The notes under the pieces: model-generated
What the model was told of the DNA's origin: nothing
Databases searched by the model: none
Seen by the model: only the letters and a program-made list of their open reading frames with translations
Translations under genes and position numbers: made by a program
Assembly: GCA_951406725.2 (NCBI GenBank)
Contig: OX597814.1
Coordinates: forward strand, 140,368,001 to 140,432,000
DNA length: 64,000 nt
Direction: 5' to 3'
Source: Octopus vulgaris
Taxonomy: Eukaryota
In this document: positions 17,532 through 28,560 of the stretch, piece after piece
Numbering within the stretch: position 1 is the stretch's first letter
Layout: each line of letters opens with the position of its first letter

Positions 17532-17814
17532 TCATCATCGTCGTTTAACGTCCGTTCTCCATGCTAGCATGGGTTGGACGGTTCGACCGGGGTTCTGGGA
17601 AGCCAGAAGGCTGCACCAGGCTCCAGTCTAATTTGGCAATGTTTCTACAGCTGGATGCCCTTCCTAACGCCACATATATATATGTGTGTATGTATATTTA
17701 CCATGTGAACTATGATGAAAAAATATGAGAAAGATATGGTATTTAATTTTTTTTGTGCAGGGGTTCCTTCAGACATGTAATTTACTTTAAGGGTAAAAAG
17801 GTTGAGAAACACTT
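16992..17814. mobile_element. hAT-type MITE interrupted by two RTE 3' ends
   Basis: TIRs 'cagtgtttctcaacc' and 'ggttgagaaacact'. Perfect 8-bp TSD ctgtagag at 16984-16991 and 17815-17822. Confidence 0.88.
17215..17672 (-). mobile_element. Two 5'-truncated RTE 3'-end insertions (~17215-17500, ~17528-17672)
   Basis: Reverse complement of the 3' UTR of the RTE at 22070-23380, each with a (CAT)n tail. Confidence 0.88.
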
Positions 17815-18295
17815 CTGTAGAGAGATCCACTGGATGGACTAGAAAAGGAACTCAGTTAAATGGGTGGAGGGGAAGGCGAAAGAGGAAAGAATAAGAGTCA
17901 AGGATAAAGCAGAAGCAGTAGTTGCAGACTTAATAGGGATATTGTTTGAAGGACCCAGCTGTGTGTATAGACATTATGCTTCCATAACATCAGCAATGTG
18001 CATATATAGTGTGTATGCACACTATGCTTTTAGAACTTCAGTCACAAAGTGCTAATTCAAATGATCCAGCTTTCACACATATTGTGTCACACTGACTCTG
18101 CCTGAAGTTTGTTATGGGTGCCCATGTTTACAGAATACTCAGACACACACACACACTTTAATTCAGAAGCAAGTAACTCATTTGATCAAACAACTGGATG
18201 TTCATTGATGACGACAATGGCAACCACAATTGCTGTGACCACCACAGTATATTGGGTGAGGGCGCACAGTACTCCTCACAACCAATCTCCCATAA

Positions 18296-18530
18296 TACAA
18301 GGGGGTACTGAAAAGTTCCAGGCTTAGGGTAAAAGAAAATTAACAGGAGGATCAGTTAATTATGATTTTATTCAATGTATTCTCCTCTCAGAGACACACA
18401 CTTATTGCAGTAATCTTTCAGATATTCTAAACTCTGTAAAAGAACTCAGAAATTTGGGCCTCCAACCAGGCTTTTCATGACACCCTTAAATCCAGGAACT
18501 TTCCAGCTCCCTTGTGTATGTATGTGTATG

Positions 18531-18585
<55 letters not shown>

Positions 18586-18817
18586 TATACACACACATAT
18601 GAGGGGGTGCTGATAAGTTCCTGACTTTGGGTAAAAGAAAATACAGGAGAATCAGTTAATTAAGATTTTATTCAACATATTCCCCTCTCAGATTCACACA
18701 ATATTGCAGTGGTCCTTCAGTTTTTCTAAGCCCTGTAAAAGAACTCAGAAGGTTGGGTCTCCAACCAGGCCTTTCGCAATACCCTTAAAGCCAGGAACTT
18801 TTCAGCACCATCTTGTA
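18296..18817. mobile_element. Two ~220-bp mariner-type MITEs (~18296-18515, ~18598-18817)
   Basis: TIRs 'ta.gaggggg.tgctgaaaagttcc.ggcttt' and 'aaagccaggaacttttcagcacc..t.gta'. TA ends and a shared internal sequence; a third copy is at 37334-37692. Confidence 0.85.
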
Positions 18818-18899
18818 TAAGTGGCAAAAGTCTCCATGTAAACCATAAAGCCAACATACTACTTCAATAATATATGAAAACAAATAAATCTGTACTTAC

Positions 18900-18978
18900 C
18901 CCATGGAATATCCCATGCCTCTCCTGGTCTCATGCCTTCTCTGTTTTGTGGGTTCATGCTTTTTCCGTTTCTCTGCAT
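18900..18978 (-). CDS. Candidate first coding exon of the death-fold-like gene (exon 18900-19000; MQRNGKSMNPQNREGMRPGEAWDIPW-G)
   Basis: Acceptor 'ttttattttgtag|A' at 19000 and consensus donor 'TGGG|gtaagt'. Only one frame is open, and its phase-1 end matches the phase-1 start of exon 12451-12708. Confidence 0.65.
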
Positions 18979-20359
18979 AAGATATTGATTTAGTTCAAAT
19001 CTACAAAATAAAATCATGATCATTGTCACTTTTCTCCTCACTGTATCACCATTCACTTCACTTAGAAAAACTAATTTTATCACCATCTCCAACTCATCCT
19101 CATCACCACTGCCACCACCACCAACATCACCGTCATTTTAACATCCCCTTTCCTATGCTTACATGGGTCACATGAAATTTACTGAATGACAGATGTTCTA
19201 TGGCTGGATGCCCTTCCTGTCACCAATCCTCACCTGTTTCCAAGCAAGGTAAATCTGGTGTTTTGATGGAGACTTTTGTCCACTTCTTAGGATCAAACGA
19301 CTTGTGGTTAACTGCCATTTGCACAGAACTTTTCTCCACTTCAGTCTTTGAAGTTCTTGTTCAAATATTTGCTTCTTCCATCAAAATCAGCACTAATTTT
19401 ATCCAACCCAGATTAGTTTCAGATAAGTTTGTACACTTAATCTTCTTCAATTATTAGTACATTTTCCTACCACATGAAGTTGTTTAACCACCAGTAAAAC
19501 AGCAGCCAGATCTCCTTCAAGTCACATTCTACTGGCTTAAAAATGGAAAGCGACAAGTTAGGTGATGTAGTCCAAGATGCCTCTGGAACGGTGCAATCAT
19601 CAAGACTGGAATGTCTGTGGTCATCATCATCATTAAACATCTGTTCTCATGCTGGCATGAGTTGGACAGCTTGATAAGAACCAGTGAGGCCAGGATCCAC
19701 ACAAGCTTTCATAGTCTATTTTGGCTTGGTTTCTACAGTTGAATGCCCTTCCTAATGCTTTCCTCTTTACAGAACATACTGGATGCTTTTTATGTTGCAC
19801 CATTACCAGTACATTTTACATGGCATTATCACCAGTACTTTTTACATGGCACGAGCACCAGATAGATTTGTTTAATATCATTTATTTTAACATCTGTTTT
19901 CCAAACTAGCATTGTTTAGATGTAAGGAAACCAAGGTAGAAATCTTATAGCTGGAGGTACTTCTTGTTATCAACCCTTACCTGTTTTTGAAGAACAGGAA
20001 TACTTTTTTTTTTAGTGGATGAATTGTTAACATGAAATACCAATAAGTGTTACTGGTTTCAGACCAACCAGAAACAGTGACATCACAGCTCATAGTTTGA
20101 CTCTTTAATCCAAATCTTTATACAAAGATTTGGATGAGATGAAAACCTTTGGAAGTGACATCCTGTACTTTTACAAGTTTTACATTTTGTCTCATGGCCA
20201 TGCTGGAGTCAAGCCTAAAATTTAGTTAATTATATCAACTCCAGAACTTTCTGTCTATAAGAGACAAAAGATAAAGGATAATTGAACATAGCTCGAACAG
20301 AGCTAAATACCACAAGGTATATATGTTTGGTCATCCCTTACCAGTAGTATTCTTCTTAG

Positions 20360-21150
20360 TGCAAGTTTTGAAGAGTGCAGTTCGATTTTAACACTTATTT
20401 TTTAAAGCTATAATGGAAGTGACAAAAGAGTATATTTAGCATATTTTGCTTTATGAATTCAATAAAGGCAAGAACACAACGGAAAATGCAAGGAATATTA
20501 ATGCAGTATATGGGGATTGGACAATAAGTGTAAGCCAGTGTCAACGGTGGTTCCAGAAATTCTGAGCCAGAAACTACAGCCTAGAAGACGAGCCTCGTCC
20601 TGAAAGATCTGTAGAGCTTGGCAAGGATGTCCTGCAAACCCTGGTGGAACAAGATCCCATTGTAACTGTTGAGGAACTAGCAGAGATGCTTGAATTTGGT
20701 CATTCAACTATTCATCAACACCCACATGCCATCAGAAAAGTCAGCAAATAGGATCAATGGGTTCCTCACAAACTTTCTGAGTCTAATCACACACAGAGAG
20801 TGAATGTGTGCTCTTCTTTGTTGTCACATCTCACGAAAGAACCTTTTGGACTGAATAGTGACTGGTGATGAGAAATGAGTTCTCTATAAAAATGTGAAGT
20901 GCTGAAGACAGTGGGTAGGGAAAGGAGAAACACCAGCACCCCAGGCTAAAGAAGGTATTCACCCATGTAAGGTGCTGTTATCTGTTTGGTGGGATGTGAA
21001 AGGTTTAATCCACTTTGAACTTTTAAACCCAAACCAAATGATGACAAAGGAGATCTACTGTGAGCAGCTTGAGCAGATTCAGTCAGCACTAGAAGGAAAA
21101 TGACCACCTTTGGTTTGAAGACGAAAGGTGTTCTTCCATCAGGATAACGA
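20360..21150 (+). mobile_element. Decayed mariner transposase, 3'-truncated (different subfamily from 13430-15413)
   Basis: From ATG 20413: MEVTKEYI*HILLYEFNKG...CQRWFQKF...EELAEML...WVPHKLS...IVTGDEK*VLY...KVLLSVWWD, with stops and frameshifts. Confidence 0.88.
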
Positions 21151-22069
21151 GGCAGTGAAAACGGGCCACAGGATCCGGCTGATTGTTTACATTTTTTGTT
21201 TGTCGACTGTTGCAAATGGTGACTGGTATCTGTTTGCTAATTATGGTGAATGGTGACTGGTGTTTGTTAGCTAAGTTTGCTGTGCTGTTATTTTAATATA
21301 ATGTTACTATTAATCCAGCTTCCCAAATATATGTGTAAGTATCAGTAGAAAATACTGAGTTGCAGAACCATAAGATCTATGTAAGTGTTTTTCATGGAGG
21401 GCTTCGCAAAGAACATAAAACTGGTGAAATGGTGTCAGCTACATGAAAGCCCACCAACCATAATGGAATATGAGAGACTAAAAAGAAAAATTCCATTGTA
21501 ATTTTTGTGAAATTCATTTATGAAAAAGGGAAAAAATTGTCGAAATATAACCACTCGACTTCGGGGGTCGAGTGGGCATTGCACCTCATTTATATCTTTT
21601 CATATTTCCATTCATTTTCTTTAATTTTTTCGTCCTAATTCATCTTCTTTTTGTATTTTAAGTTCCCCGAGTTTATGTTAGTCTTGTTTGTATTGTCCCA
21701 TTCTGTATATAGCCCCTTGTGGGTAATAAAAAAATCAGTTTTACAGAGTTCTCCATGAATAGGTACAAGTATCAGTAGAAAACACAGCACTGTAGAACCA
21801 TAGAATCTATGCAAGTACTTTATATTGTTCCCCATTGACATTAATGCTACTCTAAACAACAGGAGGTTAAGGTTCAGATTTTGTATGGAGTATATAAGAC
21901 AAACCCTAGTTTTGGGGTGATTTTTTAAAAAGTTCAAATTCCCTCCTATGCACTAGTAAATACAGTATATGTGTGTTGGTAGCCAGCTGGAAAGATGTTT
22001 TCCTGGAGCTAAATATCAGTCACATCATCCTGTGTAGGACTGTCAAATTCTGTTGGCAAATAAACTTTA

Positions 22070-23380
22070 CTAGCAATGTCAAAGGAAGGCTAACTAGGAA
22101 GATGGTTTTTGTATGTGGCAGATGCTCAGGAACAATAAACACTGAAAATGCTCTGAGACCAACTTCTGTCACTTTCCAGGGAGAAAAACTAGAAATAGTT
22201 GATAGTTTCCGTTACCTAGGTGACCAAGTCAGCAGCGGGGGCGGGTGTGCTGAAAGTGTAACTGCTAGAGTAAGAATAGCTTGGGCAAAGTTCAGAGAGC
22301 TCTTACCTCTGCTGGTGACAAAAGGCCTCTCGCACAGAGTGAAAGGCAGACTGTATGATGCGTGTGTACGAACAGCCATGCTACATGGCAGTGAAACATG
22401 GGCCGTGACTGCTGAGGATATGCGTAAGCTCGCTAGAAATGAAGCCAGTATGCTCCGATGGATGTGTAATGCCAGTACTCACACTCGGCAGAGTGTAAGT
22501 ACCTTGAGAGAAAAGCTGGACCTAAGAAGCGTCAGTTGTGGTGTGCAAGAGAGACGTTTGCGCTGGTATGGTCATGTGGCGAGAATGGATGAAGATAGTT
22601 GTGTGAAAAAGTGCCACACCCTAGCGGTTGAGGGAACCTGTGGAAGAGGCAGACCCAGGAAAACCTGGGACGAGGTGGTGAAGCACGACCTTCGAACTTT
22701 AGGTCTCACCGAGGAAATGACTAGAGACCGAGACCTCTGGAAGTGTGCTGTGCGCGAGAAGACCCGGCAGGACAAGTGAGTCCACAACCCGTGGCCTTCT
22801 ACATGGGATGGAGCCAGCCTACGTATGCATACCTTCCCTTCTTGGGACACAAAACTCTACTTGTGAAGACGTGTTGAGGCAAGTGAGGATCAGAATCGAA
22901 ATCGATCAATGGAAATTGCGGATGTGCTACCAGTGCCGGTGGCATGTCGAAACTCTGCTTGTGAAGACCCATTGAGGCAAGTGAGGATCAGAATCGAAAT
23001 CGATCAATGGAAATTGCAGATGTGTTACCAGTGCCGGTGGCATGTAAGAGAACCTTCCGTTTCGCGACCGTTGCCAGCACCGCCCCGTTTCGTGTTCGTT
23101 GCCAGCCTCGCCTGGCCCTCGTGCCGGTGGCACATAAAAAACACCATCCGTTCGTGGCCGTTTGCCAGCTCTGGCTGGCACCAGTGCGGGTGGCACGTAA
23201 AAAGCACCCACTACACTCACGGAGTGGTTGGCGTTAGGAAGGGCATCCAGCCGTAGAAACACTGCCAGATTTGACTGGGCCTGATGAAGCCTTCTGGCTT
23301 CACAGACCCCAGCAGAACCGTCCAACCCATGCTAGCATGGAAAACGGACGCTAAATGATGATGATGATGATGATGATGAT
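22070..23380 (+). mobile_element. Young 5'-truncated RTE-clade LINE (C-terminal ORF, repetitive 3' UTR, (GAT)n tail)
   Basis: Uninterrupted ORF to 22779 with VDSFRYLG, RVRIAWAKFREL, LYDACVRTAMLHGSETW, RRLRWYGHVARM and GRGRPRKTW motifs. The 3' UTR has a ~96-bp tandem duplication. Confidence 0.95.
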
Positions 23381-23529
23381 ATCTTTTATCTTGTGCTTAC
23401 TTCAGTCATTTGACTGCAGCCAGGCTGGGACACTGCTTTGAAGAAGTCTTTTACCCATTGAATCAACCTCAGTATATATTTTTCGTTAAGCCTGGTACTT
23501 ATTCTATACACACACACATATATATATAT

Positions 23530-24080
23530 TCTTTTGTTTCAGTCATTTAACTGTGGCCATGCTGGAGCACCACCATTGGTCAAACAAATAAACCCCTAGT
23601 ACTTATTCTATCAGTGTCTTTTGCCAAACTGCTAAGTTACGGGGAGACATAAACACACCAACATCAGTTGTCAAGCAATGGTGGTAGGAGAAACACAGAC
23701 ACACAAACATATACATATATAGATATATATATAAATTGAGATAGGGGTTGTGAGTGCAACCCACCATGGGATAACATATATCCAATATACTGCTAGTAAA
23801 GCACCCAACAAAGTTAATACATAAATGTTAAGAATTGCGATGCAATTAATTCATTTATTGTATTATATGGGCGAAGGTAAAATGTTTTACCACAAATTTA
23901 TAATTTTCTTATTTTGTATATATATATACGACAGGATTCTTACCAAATCCACTCACAAGGCTTTGGTCAGCCCAAGGCTATAGTAGAAGACTCTTGCCCA
24001 AAGGTGCCACGTAGTGGAACTGAACCCAGAACCATGTGTTTAGGAGGCAAGCTTCTTACCACACAGCCATGCCTGCACCT
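23530..24080 (-). mobile_element. Family-B SINE, split by an insertion at ~23735-23915
   Basis: 3' half at 23530-23710 and head at 23930-24080, both reverse complement of the family-B consensus. Confidence 0.8.
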
Positions 24081-24289
24081 AAAACCTTGGCATGTCCTTG
24101 CCGGGGAATCAAACCCCAATCCCCTGCGTAACAGGTGGGGATTCTTACCACTATATTTGTTTGCGTCATTAGACTGCAGTCATACTGGGGCACCGCATTG
24201 AAGAATTTTTAGCAGACATCAGCAATTTTGACGAGGGTTTTCAAATTTTCTTTTTTTTGTTATTCTTGGTGCCCTTGGAAAGATGGGAG

Positions 24290-24795
24290 CATCATCATCA
24301 TCATCATCATCGTTTAACGTCCGTTTTCCGCGCTAGCACGGGTTGGACGGTTCGACCGGGGTCTGGGGAGCCAGGGGCTGCCCCAGGCTCCAGTCTGGTC
24401 TGGCAGTGTTTCTACAGCTGGATGCCCTTCCTAACGCCAACCACTCCGCGAGTGTAGTGGGTGCTTTTTACGTGCCACCTGCACAGGTGCCAGAGGGGTC
24501 TGGCATCGGCCACGATCAGTTGGTGCTTTTTTTTTTTTTTTTTTTTTTTTTTGTGCTACCGGCACAGAAGCCAGTCGGGGCGGTGCTGGCATCGGCCACG
24601 TTCGGATGTTGCTTTTTATGTGCCACCGGCACAGAACCCGTTCGAGGTGGGGTTGGCATCGGCCACGTTCAGATGGTGCTTTTTATGTGCCACCGGCACA
24701 GAAGCTAGTGGAGGCTGCACTGGCGACGGCCACGTTCGGATGGTGCTTTTTATGTGTCACCGGCACAGGTATCACAACTACTACCGTTTCCATTG
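24290..24795 (-). mobile_element. RTE 3' UTR insertion with five internal repeat units
   Basis: (CAT)n tail followed by repeated 'ggtgctttttatgtgccaccggcac' units. Confidence 0.9.
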
Positions 24796-25459
24796 ATATT
24801 TGGTTTGATGTTCATGTACATGCACTAACAAAAATCATTGCTAAAAATGACAGTTTCTTTTCTTAAAAACACCACTACCACCACCACCACCACACACACC
24901 TTGGACCGATTTTGGTCAATTTTATGAGCACTACACACGATTTCTTTTTTACCTTCTACCTCGACCAATTTCAGTAGATTTTGTGGGCACTATGCACTAT
25001 AAAACTAGGGAAGAAACATTTTCGTTAAAAACAAAATTTTTTTCACTTCCATATTTATGAATTTCTTTCTTAACAATACACATAACATTTTTCTTTTATT
25101 AAGCCCTTTTCCATTATGCAATTAAATGTGTTTATTAGGAGAAAATATTAAACAAAGAAACAAGGAAGGTATTAAATGGTCGTGAGATGTGCTAAAAACA
25201 ACAGCTAAATCGTCCTTAACGTTATCCATAGCGAAGCCATATTCAACACCATAACCATGAATTTATTTCTCTCACCATGATATATTTTTCTATTACTCGA
25301 ATGAAAGGCGCTTGTTTAAACGAAAAAGCGCCCAGACTTTTTCCATAACACTCAATAGAAATAATTCATTTCTAAATATCTCAGAGAGATTTATGCAGTA
25401 GTGGTATGATAAAGTAGTTGTATACTGTCAACTTAATGTGACAGTCCCTTTTTTTTTTA

Positions 25460-26280
25460 ATATGCGGGAAAATACGGAGATTATGAGGATCTTTTCGGTT
25501 TGAATGGCAGTTTTTTCTAGCGGTGTCATATGAAATTGTCACCCATAATTATGACCCTAGTATCGATCTATTGCATTTCAATCTGTTTTGATTATGATTC
25601 TAAAAGATTTTCCAAAAGTTTTTGTAAAATTTCAACTAAAAACTTTTTTAAAAAGTACCCCTCCTCCTCCCCTTGCAGTTTACGGCATAAATAGAAAGTT
25701 TTGAAACCCTTTTCGTCATTGCACATGCGTTGACTGCGACACTAAAAGTGAAAGTTAGGGATTGATGTGGTGATGGGTGGGCGAAATGGGGGAAAGGTTT
25801 ACGTAAATTTTGTTTTTTAATTTTGGGTTTTAAAATGCGGACGGCTCGATTATGGGGGGGGGGTCAGAAACTACTGTTTTCGGGTATGGAGATTACGAAT
25901 ATGAAAAAAAAAAAAATTGGCAAATATCGGCAGTTCAAAATTTAAATTTTGCCCTCTCTCCTCCAATTTCTTCATTTTTGACTTTTTTCAGAATTTTTTT
26001 TTTTTTGCAAAGTATGCGGAAAAATACGGAGATAATGATTCTGCATTAAAAAAATTCCAAAAATTTTTGTAAAATTTCAATTTAAAGAAAAAAATAATAA
26101 AGTATCCCTCCCCTCCAGGTCGCAATCTACAGCATAAACAAAGTTTTGAAACCCTTTTCGGCATTGCGCATGCGTTGACTGCGACGCTAAAAGTGAAACT
26201 TTGTAAATGGTGTGCGACATGGAGGAAAAGGTTTTTGGAAATTTTGTTTCTTAATTTTCGGTCTTAAAATGCGTCGTTCC
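25460..26280. repeat. Diverged direct duplication (~25460-25845 and ~26013-26275) of an unclassified repeat
   Basis: Both copies share 'atgcgg.aaaatacggagat.atga' and 'aaagttttgaaacccttttcg.cattgc.catgcgttgactgcgac.ctaaaagtgaaa'. Related sequence occurs at ~28080-28130 and ~40780-40860. Confidence 0.7.
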
Positions 26281-27224
26281 TGTCTCTTTGATTTCCAAAT
26301 AAGTTTTTAAATACTTCGAAATCAAAATTGGGCGCACCCGTACGTTAAATAAGCAGCCGGCAAGCAGCCTATTCACATGCTAGAAATAGCAGCCAAATCT
26401 CACACAAACTCTTTTTCGCACATTTTTTTTGTAATTTTTTTTCATATACGATTCATAGAAACCGATTATATCACATTTTTTTTTTTTTGGAAAGAGCTTT
26501 TCGTAGGGGTGGGGATGAGTTTCGACAAAAAATCCCAAACAAGGTGGTATTTGTTTCTTGGCGATAAAATTTCAGAGAAATTTCCCGCGGTAAAAACAGG
26601 TAGGAATGCCAACGTACACTCGGTGGTTATGATTAGGGTTTTTGTCACGCCGAAAACGGGTAGTGTACATATTCTTTACCGCCGCCCTCAAATCTCCCTC
26701 CACATCATTGTAGCTTTATATTTTAATTAATTCTGCTAACTTTATTGCCTTCACAGTGTTTACCGTGTTACATAAAAACTGTAGCTTAAAGCCAGAAACT
26801 GTAACTTATCACAAACTATATCACACGGAAGTATTAACTTAAGACATATTATACAAAGCTAAGCACAACATATAAAATCAACGTGCGCGCAATTAACTAG
26901 TTTCGACGAAATTACTACTCTTAATTTAAAGAAATTACTTTTGAAATGCTTCTAATGAATTGTCTGAAAACAAAATTATTAATAAAGAATTTTTAAAGCA
27001 TTTTACTACGGTTAAGTGCCAATTATTTTCCGACGCTTCATCGAGCAATCGCTGAAGGGACATCGACGTAGCTATTCGACCTCTAAACGTCACTCAAATC
27101 ACACTCTTGGCTTAAATACAAAAAGTAGACGTTAGATAGTATGAACCCTACATAGCTCTAAATACGTAAAATGTTCTACTTAATTTTTCTTTAAACTTTT
27201 AGTGTATTCTCGCTGAATACTTAC

Positions 27225-27275
27225 ACGAGCAGAACTGTCTTAATCGGCTTCCGGGTTTAAAACTGAAACTGATGT
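27225..27275 (-). promoter_or_regulatory. Candidate TSS and short non-coding first exon
   Basis: Minus strand shows two Inr-like TCAGTT, an ETS-type CCGGAAG, then a consensus donor 'CGT|gtaagta' at 27224. The region is locally CpG-enriched and non-repetitive; another CGGAAGT lies at ~26826. Confidence 0.5.
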
Positions 27276-28316
27276 AACAAAACTAAAAAAGCAAAGTTGA
27301 GCTAAGGGAAATAAATTGACACATTCCGAAAAATAAAGTTTTAAGTAACAACAGCACGTACGATTACAAAGTGCTAAAAGCTTTTCAAAGTAATATGGGG
27401 CTACATCCAAAGGTCTTGTAGCCGCATATTATCAAACATATTTAGGGCGGAGGATTGACAGAATCATCAGAAATTTTGACAAGATGCTTGGCAATATTCG
27501 TTTCGGCTCTTTACATTTTGAGTTCAAATCCTGCTGAGGCCAGCTTTGCATTTCGTCTTTTTTGGCATCACTAAAACATTGTACCCGTTAAATACTAGGG
27601 CCGGAAATAAAGTCACAATTAGTTTATAGGATCCGGACAGATCCCTATAGTTTTCCTGTGACTTTTTTTTATCTGGCTTCCTACATATCGACTTTTGATT
27701 CTTCATAATTTTTAGAAAATGGAATATTTTTAAATGAAATCTTCTATAAATACGCTTCGGATGGTATAGATTCCAATTATATTGGGATTTGTTGTACAAA
27801 AAATTTCCAGAAGTAGGGAGAGGAGTTTCAGAAAATTCACAAGAATCAGTTTTGTTCCCTCTTAACTTTAGAAAACAATGGGTATTTTAAAGGAAATTTT
27901 GGAGGCATCACTTCCCCCTACACACACACAAACCGAGATTTCGGAATTTCTTTTTTCTCTGCAGATTCCTAGGCTTTCAATGACGGAGGTTTCAGATAGG
28001 CAAAAAGCCACGTTTTCAAAAGTTTTAATTCCCCCATCCCAATGTTTTTGATTTTTAACTTTCTTTCAAATTTTTTTTTTCAATATACGTAGAAATATAC
28101 GGAAAATAACAATATGACAAACAAAAAATTCATTGATTTAAAATTTTATATGAAAAACTCCAAATTTGATCCACACACCCCTCATCACCCAGCATAAAAG
28201 GTGCATGTGTGCAACAATCTCTACAGCACACCAACAATGAACGGCTGAAACAAGTGAAACAGCATATGTCAGTCTTGTTTTTTATCACTTTAAAGGTAAA
28301 CCATTCTCATAGAAGT

Positions 28317-28560
28317 GGAAGCGCATGGCTTACTGGTTAGGGTGTCAGCATCATGATCGTAAGAATGTGGTTTCGATTCCTGGACCAGGCGATGCGATAT
28401 GTTCTTGAGTAAAACACTTAATTTCACGTTGCTCCAGTCCACTCAGCTGGCAAAAATGAGTAATGCTGCGATGGACTGGCATTCCGTCCAGCTGGGAAAC
28501 ACATACGCCATAGAAACTGGGCCCATGAGCCTGGTTAGGCTTTAAAAGGGCGCATTTATT
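28317..28560 (+). mobile_element. tRNA-derived SINE, family C
   Basis: 'ggaagcgcatggcttactggttagggtgtcagc...gtttcgattcc...gttcttgagtaaaacactt...ccactcagctgg'. Diverged relatives are at ~50755-50890, ~52235-52490 and ~60240-60400. Confidence 0.8.

Noticed and set aside
19250-19460. Protein-like minus-strand stretch (..VEKSSVQMAVNHKSFDPKKW..)
   Set aside because: It has in-frame stops, no clean splice sites and no recognisable family.
23281-23300. CTGATGA plus hairpin in the RTE 3' UTR
   Set aside because: There is no GAAA box, and other copies read CTGATGC or CTGGTGC.
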